Under the pieces are notes generated by a model, which saw nothing but the letters and a program-made list of their open reading frames with translations, was not told where the DNA came from and made no database searches. A stretch of 64,000 nucleotides of DNA from an uncultured Candidatus Entotheonella sp. (GTDB taxonomy: Bacteria > Tectomicrobia > Entotheonellia > Entotheonellales > Entotheonellaceae), in the NCBI GenBank assembly GCA_965217185.1, contig OZ244252.1:832001-896000 (forward strand), read 5' to 3'. The translations under genes were made by a program, and so were the position numbers. Of the stretch, positions 60,886 through 64,000 are shown piece after piece. How positions within the stretch are numbered: position 1 is the stretch's first letter; every line of letters starts with the position of its first letter.

Positions 60886-61719
60886 ATGACGATGGGGATT
60901 GCTTACGCCGCAACCGAAGGGGGCGGCCACGGTGAGGAACACAGCATCGGCGAAACGATCCTGCACCACGTGCAGGACACGCACGAATTCGATCTGTGGC
61001 CTCTGGGGCACTTGCCATTGCCGGAAATATATCTCTTTGGAATCGATTTTTCAATCACCAAGCACCTTGTCATGATGTGGATTGCTTCGGTCTTGCTGGT
61101 CGCCGTGTTTCGGCTCGCTTTCCGCCGTCAGGCTGCGGTGCCCAGTGGTATCGCCAACATGCTAGAGGCTCTCGTTGTTTACCTGCGGGATGAGGTCATC
61201 TTGCCGAATACAGGCGAGGCCGGTCGGCGTTACCTGCCTTTCCTGCTGACAACATTCTTCTTCATTCTGTTCTGTAATCTGTTGGGGCTCATTCCCTACG
61301 GCGCCACAGCCACCGGCAACATCTCCGTCACCGCGGCTCTGGCGCTCATCGCGCTGACCATGATTCAGTTAGGCGGGATCAAAGAGCACGGCCTCAAGCA
61401 ACACCTGCAGAACCTTGTGCCACACGGCCTGCCCATGTGGCTCCTGCCCATCATGATCCCGGTCGAGATTCTCGGCCAGTTCACCAAGCCCTTTGCCCTG
61501 TGCGTCCGTCTTTATGCCAATATGACGGCGGGGCACATCGTCATCCTCTCCTTTATCAGCATGATCTTCATTTTCGAAAGCTTCCTGATCTCCCCCGTCG
61601 CCGTCGGCTTTGCCCTGTTCATCAACCTGCTGGAAGTGTTCATCGCCTTCCTGCAAGCCTATATTTTCACCCTGCTCACGTCCCTGTTCATGGGCATGTC
61701 GATCCATCCGCAGCATTAG
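60886..61719 (+). CDS. atpB: F0 ATP synthase subunit a
   Basis: NLLGLIP, TATGNI, KPFALCVRLYANMTAGH (conserved Arg) and LQAYIFTLL. Confidence 0.97.
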   Translation: MTMGIAYAATEGGGHGEEHSIGETILHHVQDTHEFDLWPLGHLPLPEIYLFGIDFSITKHLVMMWIASVLLVAVFRLAFRRQAAVPSGIANMLEALVVYLRDEVILPNTGEAGRRYLPFLLTTFFFILFCNLLGLIPYGATATGNISVTAALALIALTMIQLGGIKEHGLKQHLQNLVPHGLPMWLLPIMIPVEILGQFTKPFALCVRLYANMTAGHIVILSFISMIFIFESFLISPVAVGFALFINLLEVFIAFLQAYIFTLLTSLFMGMSIHPQH

Positions 61720-61820
61720 AGCGGTTTTCGCATGAGCATATGGGATGCCCTCAATAAGCAAACCAGCCTCGATTATCCGATGCCGTAGTAGGCCAGACAT
61801 ACGAGCGCAAACCGCTCTAA
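61716..61820. mobile_element. MITE-like 105-bp element with 12-bp terminal inverted repeats
   Basis: TTAGAGCGGTTT (61716-61727) and AAACCGCTCTAA (61809-61820), with TA at both ends and no ORF. Confidence 0.55.
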
Positions 61821-62000
61821 GGGCCTTGTTGAAGCTCAGCTATAGATTACAGAGGAACGGTGAATGATCCAAGGCGTGGTGGTGGAGATTCAGATATTTG
61901 ATCCTTGATGAGGCTGAAAAAGGCCGTCACAGGCCAAGTGGTTGAAATAGGAAGGTGAACAGTCTGAACATCAGCTTCGGAACGAATCGGGGGAATCCAT

Positions 62001-63113
62001 TTGACTTTTGAGTCGGTTGACGTCCTTCAAAGAACGCTGGCGGACACAGTCTTTCAATACGCTGTGGATCGTAAGAAGGCCGCCGGCCGTGCCTTGGGCA
62101 CGCTCGTTGAGATCGTCACGTTTTATACGCTCTGTTCGTGGGGGTTCCGCGACCATATCGCCATTGAGCGTTCAGTATCCGAGTTCGCCAACCCCGATAT
62201 TTTGCATAACGTCGAGTTCTCGCTTCACCCCATCCGATCTCTGCATAAAGTCGAAATCCCACCGTCTCTCCCCATCACGGCTGTCAAGATCAAGCGTCAC
62301 TTACCTTTCCTGTACGATGAAGATGTCAGGTCAACCCAGGTCCTCAGCAGTGACGCCGTGAAGCGTAACGCGGCTCTCCTTCTGGAAGGCATAACTGGTC
62401 CGGTCATTGCGAATATCGACACATTGAATGATTCCCATTGCAAACTGACCGTAGGCGAACTTTCCGCCGATCCGTTCGCGATATTCGAGTGCAAGCGAGT
62501 GGGCGTCGAGGAAGGGATGAACAAGGGGCCTCAGACGATTGAAAAAGCAAAACAAGGTTCTTATGTCGCGCGGTCCGTTTCCTCCCTTCAGAAGGTGCGA
62601 CTTCGAAACGGGCAGTTCCAAGGTGTCATCGAGCAGTCCGACGGTAACTTTCGAGTTGGACCCTACGATGAAGTGCTTCGAGAAATCATCGACGCATCGT
62701 CATTTACCGAATTTGCCGGATTCATACTCACGGTAGGAGTCGTCAGCAACCACGGCAATTGGTTTACTTCTGACAACTACAACAAGGAACTCCGCGTGTT
62801 GGCTCAGTCGTACGATTGGCTCCTGTTCCTCACGGACATCGGATTGTCTCAGTTCATAGACCGGCTTTTGCTCAACCCTACCCAAGAATTGAGGCCTGCT
62901 CGTGAGGCATTCCTGACAAGCTACTCCGGCAAAGCCGGAATGAACAGATTCACCAAGGTACGCATAGACATCAAGGCAGATGCAACTCTCCGAAACTACT
63001 TCACTGCCCACAAGTCCGAGATCGAAAGGTGGTTCAACGTCATTTCCCCCCGTGATGGGACATTGAAGACTCTGCAGACTGATCTGCGGAAACTGGCTGC
63101 AAAAGGCTGGTAG
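62001..63113 (+). CDS. Hypothetical protein, putative PD-(D/E)xK endonuclease
   Basis: GRALGTLVE helix and FAIFECKRVG (ExK); paired with a DNA methyltransferase. Confidence 0.55.
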   Translation: MTFESVDVLQRTLADTVFQYAVDRKKAAGRALGTLVEIVTFYTLCSWGFRDHIAIERSVSEFANPDILHNVEFSLHPIRSLHKVEIPPSLPITAVKIKRHLPFLYDEDVRSTQVLSSDAVKRNAALLLEGITGPVIANIDTLNDSHCKLTVGELSADPFAIFECKRVGVEEGMNKGPQTIEKAKQGSYVARSVSSLQKVRLRNGQFQGVIEQSDGNFRVGPYDEVLREIIDASSFTEFAGFILTVGVVSNHGNWFTSDNYNKELRVLAQSYDWLLFLTDIGLSQFIDRLLLNPTQELRPAREAFLTSYSGKAGMNRFTKVRIDIKADATLRNYFTAHKSEIERWFNVISPRDGTLKTLQTDLRKLAAKGW

Positions 63114-63127
63114 GAGATTGGCTTGGA

Positions 63128-63709
63128 ATGACCGCAGGACGCCATAACACCGAATCGCTCAGCCAACATTGGTGCACTCCTCCAACGTATGTTAACGCGA
63201 TACGAAAGTTCTTCTCTGGATCGATCGCGTTGGATCCGTGCTCCAATTGCCATTCCATCGTACGGGCAACGGTGGAGTACGCTTTGCCCGAGATCGATGG
63301 GCTATCCGCATCGTGGGACTATCCTGCAATCTTCGTCAATCCTCCCTATGGTAGGGACCACGAGAGAAATACCACGATTCGAGACTGGCTCCGAAAGTGT
63401 GTCACTGCCCATTCGCAATATGGTGCTGAGGTGCTTGCGCTTGTGCCTGTTGCCACGAACACCCGACACTGGAAGCAATACGTGTTCGCCGCAGCCACCG
63501 GGGTCGCGTTTCTCTACGACACCCGGCTGAAATTCCTCGTAAATGGAAAGAATGGTGGCAAGGGCGCCCCGATGTCGTGCGCGATGATTTATTGGGGTAC
63601 ACATTATGAGCGCTTTGAAGAGACATTTACCCTCTTCGGAGCGGTGGTTGATGTTCGGCACCTACACGGGAAGCCCATCGGTACAGGGGAACACCCAACC
63701 CTGTTTTAG
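63128..63709 (+). CDS. Compact DNA N6-adenine methyltransferase (phage-Dam-like)
   Basis: Motifs WCTPP, ALDPCS, DGL..SW, FVNPPYG, LVPVATNT..W and RLKF. Confidence 0.85.
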   Translation: MTAGRHNTESLSQHWCTPPTYVNAIRKFFSGSIALDPCSNCHSIVRATVEYALPEIDGLSASWDYPAIFVNPPYGRDHERNTTIRDWLRKCVTAHSQYGAEVLALVPVATNTRHWKQYVFAAATGVAFLYDTRLKFLVNGKNGGKGAPMSCAMIYWGTHYERFEETFTLFGAVVDVRHLHGKPIGTGEHPTLF

Positions 63710-63799
63710 ACTGCGGGCTCAGTTTTCAGGAAATAACTGTTGCGTCCACGGTTCTTCATCGCCAAGAACATTCCGCGTACAGAAACCGTGCGCCCTGCC

Positions 63800-64000
63800 C
63801 TACGCCGTGAGCGACAGCGAACGCCGCTTGACCACTTGGCTGATCAGCTTCTCGAACTCGTCGAGCGTCACCGGCCCCAGATTCTCATCGCTGCGCAGGC
63901 GTACGGACACGGTTTGATCCGCCACCTCCTGATCCCCTACCACCAGCATGTACGGAACCTTCTGCAATTTCGCCTCGCGGATCTTGGCGTTCATGCGCTT
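63800..64000 (-). CDS. thrS: Threonine--tRNA ligase, C-terminal anticodon-binding fragment (truncated by the window edge)
   Basis: MNAKIREAKLQKVPYMLVVGDQE...TVSVRLR. Confidence 0.9.
   Translation of the reverse strand, partial: KRMNAKIREAKLQKVPYMLVVGDQEVADQTVSVRLRSDENLGPVTLDEFEKLISQVVKRRSLSLTA

Noticed and set aside
61905..61930. Hammerhead-ribozyme-like TTGATGAGGCTGAAAAAGGCC
   Set aside because: Stem II is followed by GTCAC rather than the required GAAA core, and no stem I or III pairing was found.
1..64000. CRISPR array or rRNA
   Set aside because: No regularly spaced short repeats with unique spacers and no rRNA-like sequence were seen.

Overview
A gene-dense 64 kb stretch of a GC-rich diderm bacterial chromosome. 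The gene content loosely suggests a Deltaproteobacteria-grade, Nitrospinota or Tectomicrobia-like lineage, but this is inference only. The window very probably spans the replication terminus: a 28-bp dif-like XerC/XerD site at 35686-35713 lies where transcription switches from mostly + strand to mostly - strand, and ftsK and xerD are both nearby. Most genes are core: thiE, ftsK, dapB, secA, xerD-glnD-phoH-ybeY-mutS, lolA, rseP, rimP-nusA-infB-rbfA-truB-rpsO-pnp, an EF-G paralog, apt, der, rpoN, lptCAB, tsaE, glmM, ftsH, tilS, the 3' end of thrS, and four tRNAs. The unusual elements are: (1) an intact response-regulator receiver domain fused to LpxC; (2) a Rieske/split cytochrome b/pentaheme cytochrome c cluster followed directly by atpE-atpF, with atpI-atpB about 46 kb away; (3) two DUF151 paralogs, one with a signal peptide and a PDZ domain; (4) a Cys-type (CxxxY) CcmE cytochrome c maturation cluster with two uncharacterised accessory proteins; (5) an isobutyryl-CoA-mutase-type B12 mutase large subunit; (6) four 195-bp repeats in the FtsK linker; (7) a MITE-like element that supplies the atpB stop codon, next to a putative nuclease/N6-adenine methyltransferase pair.
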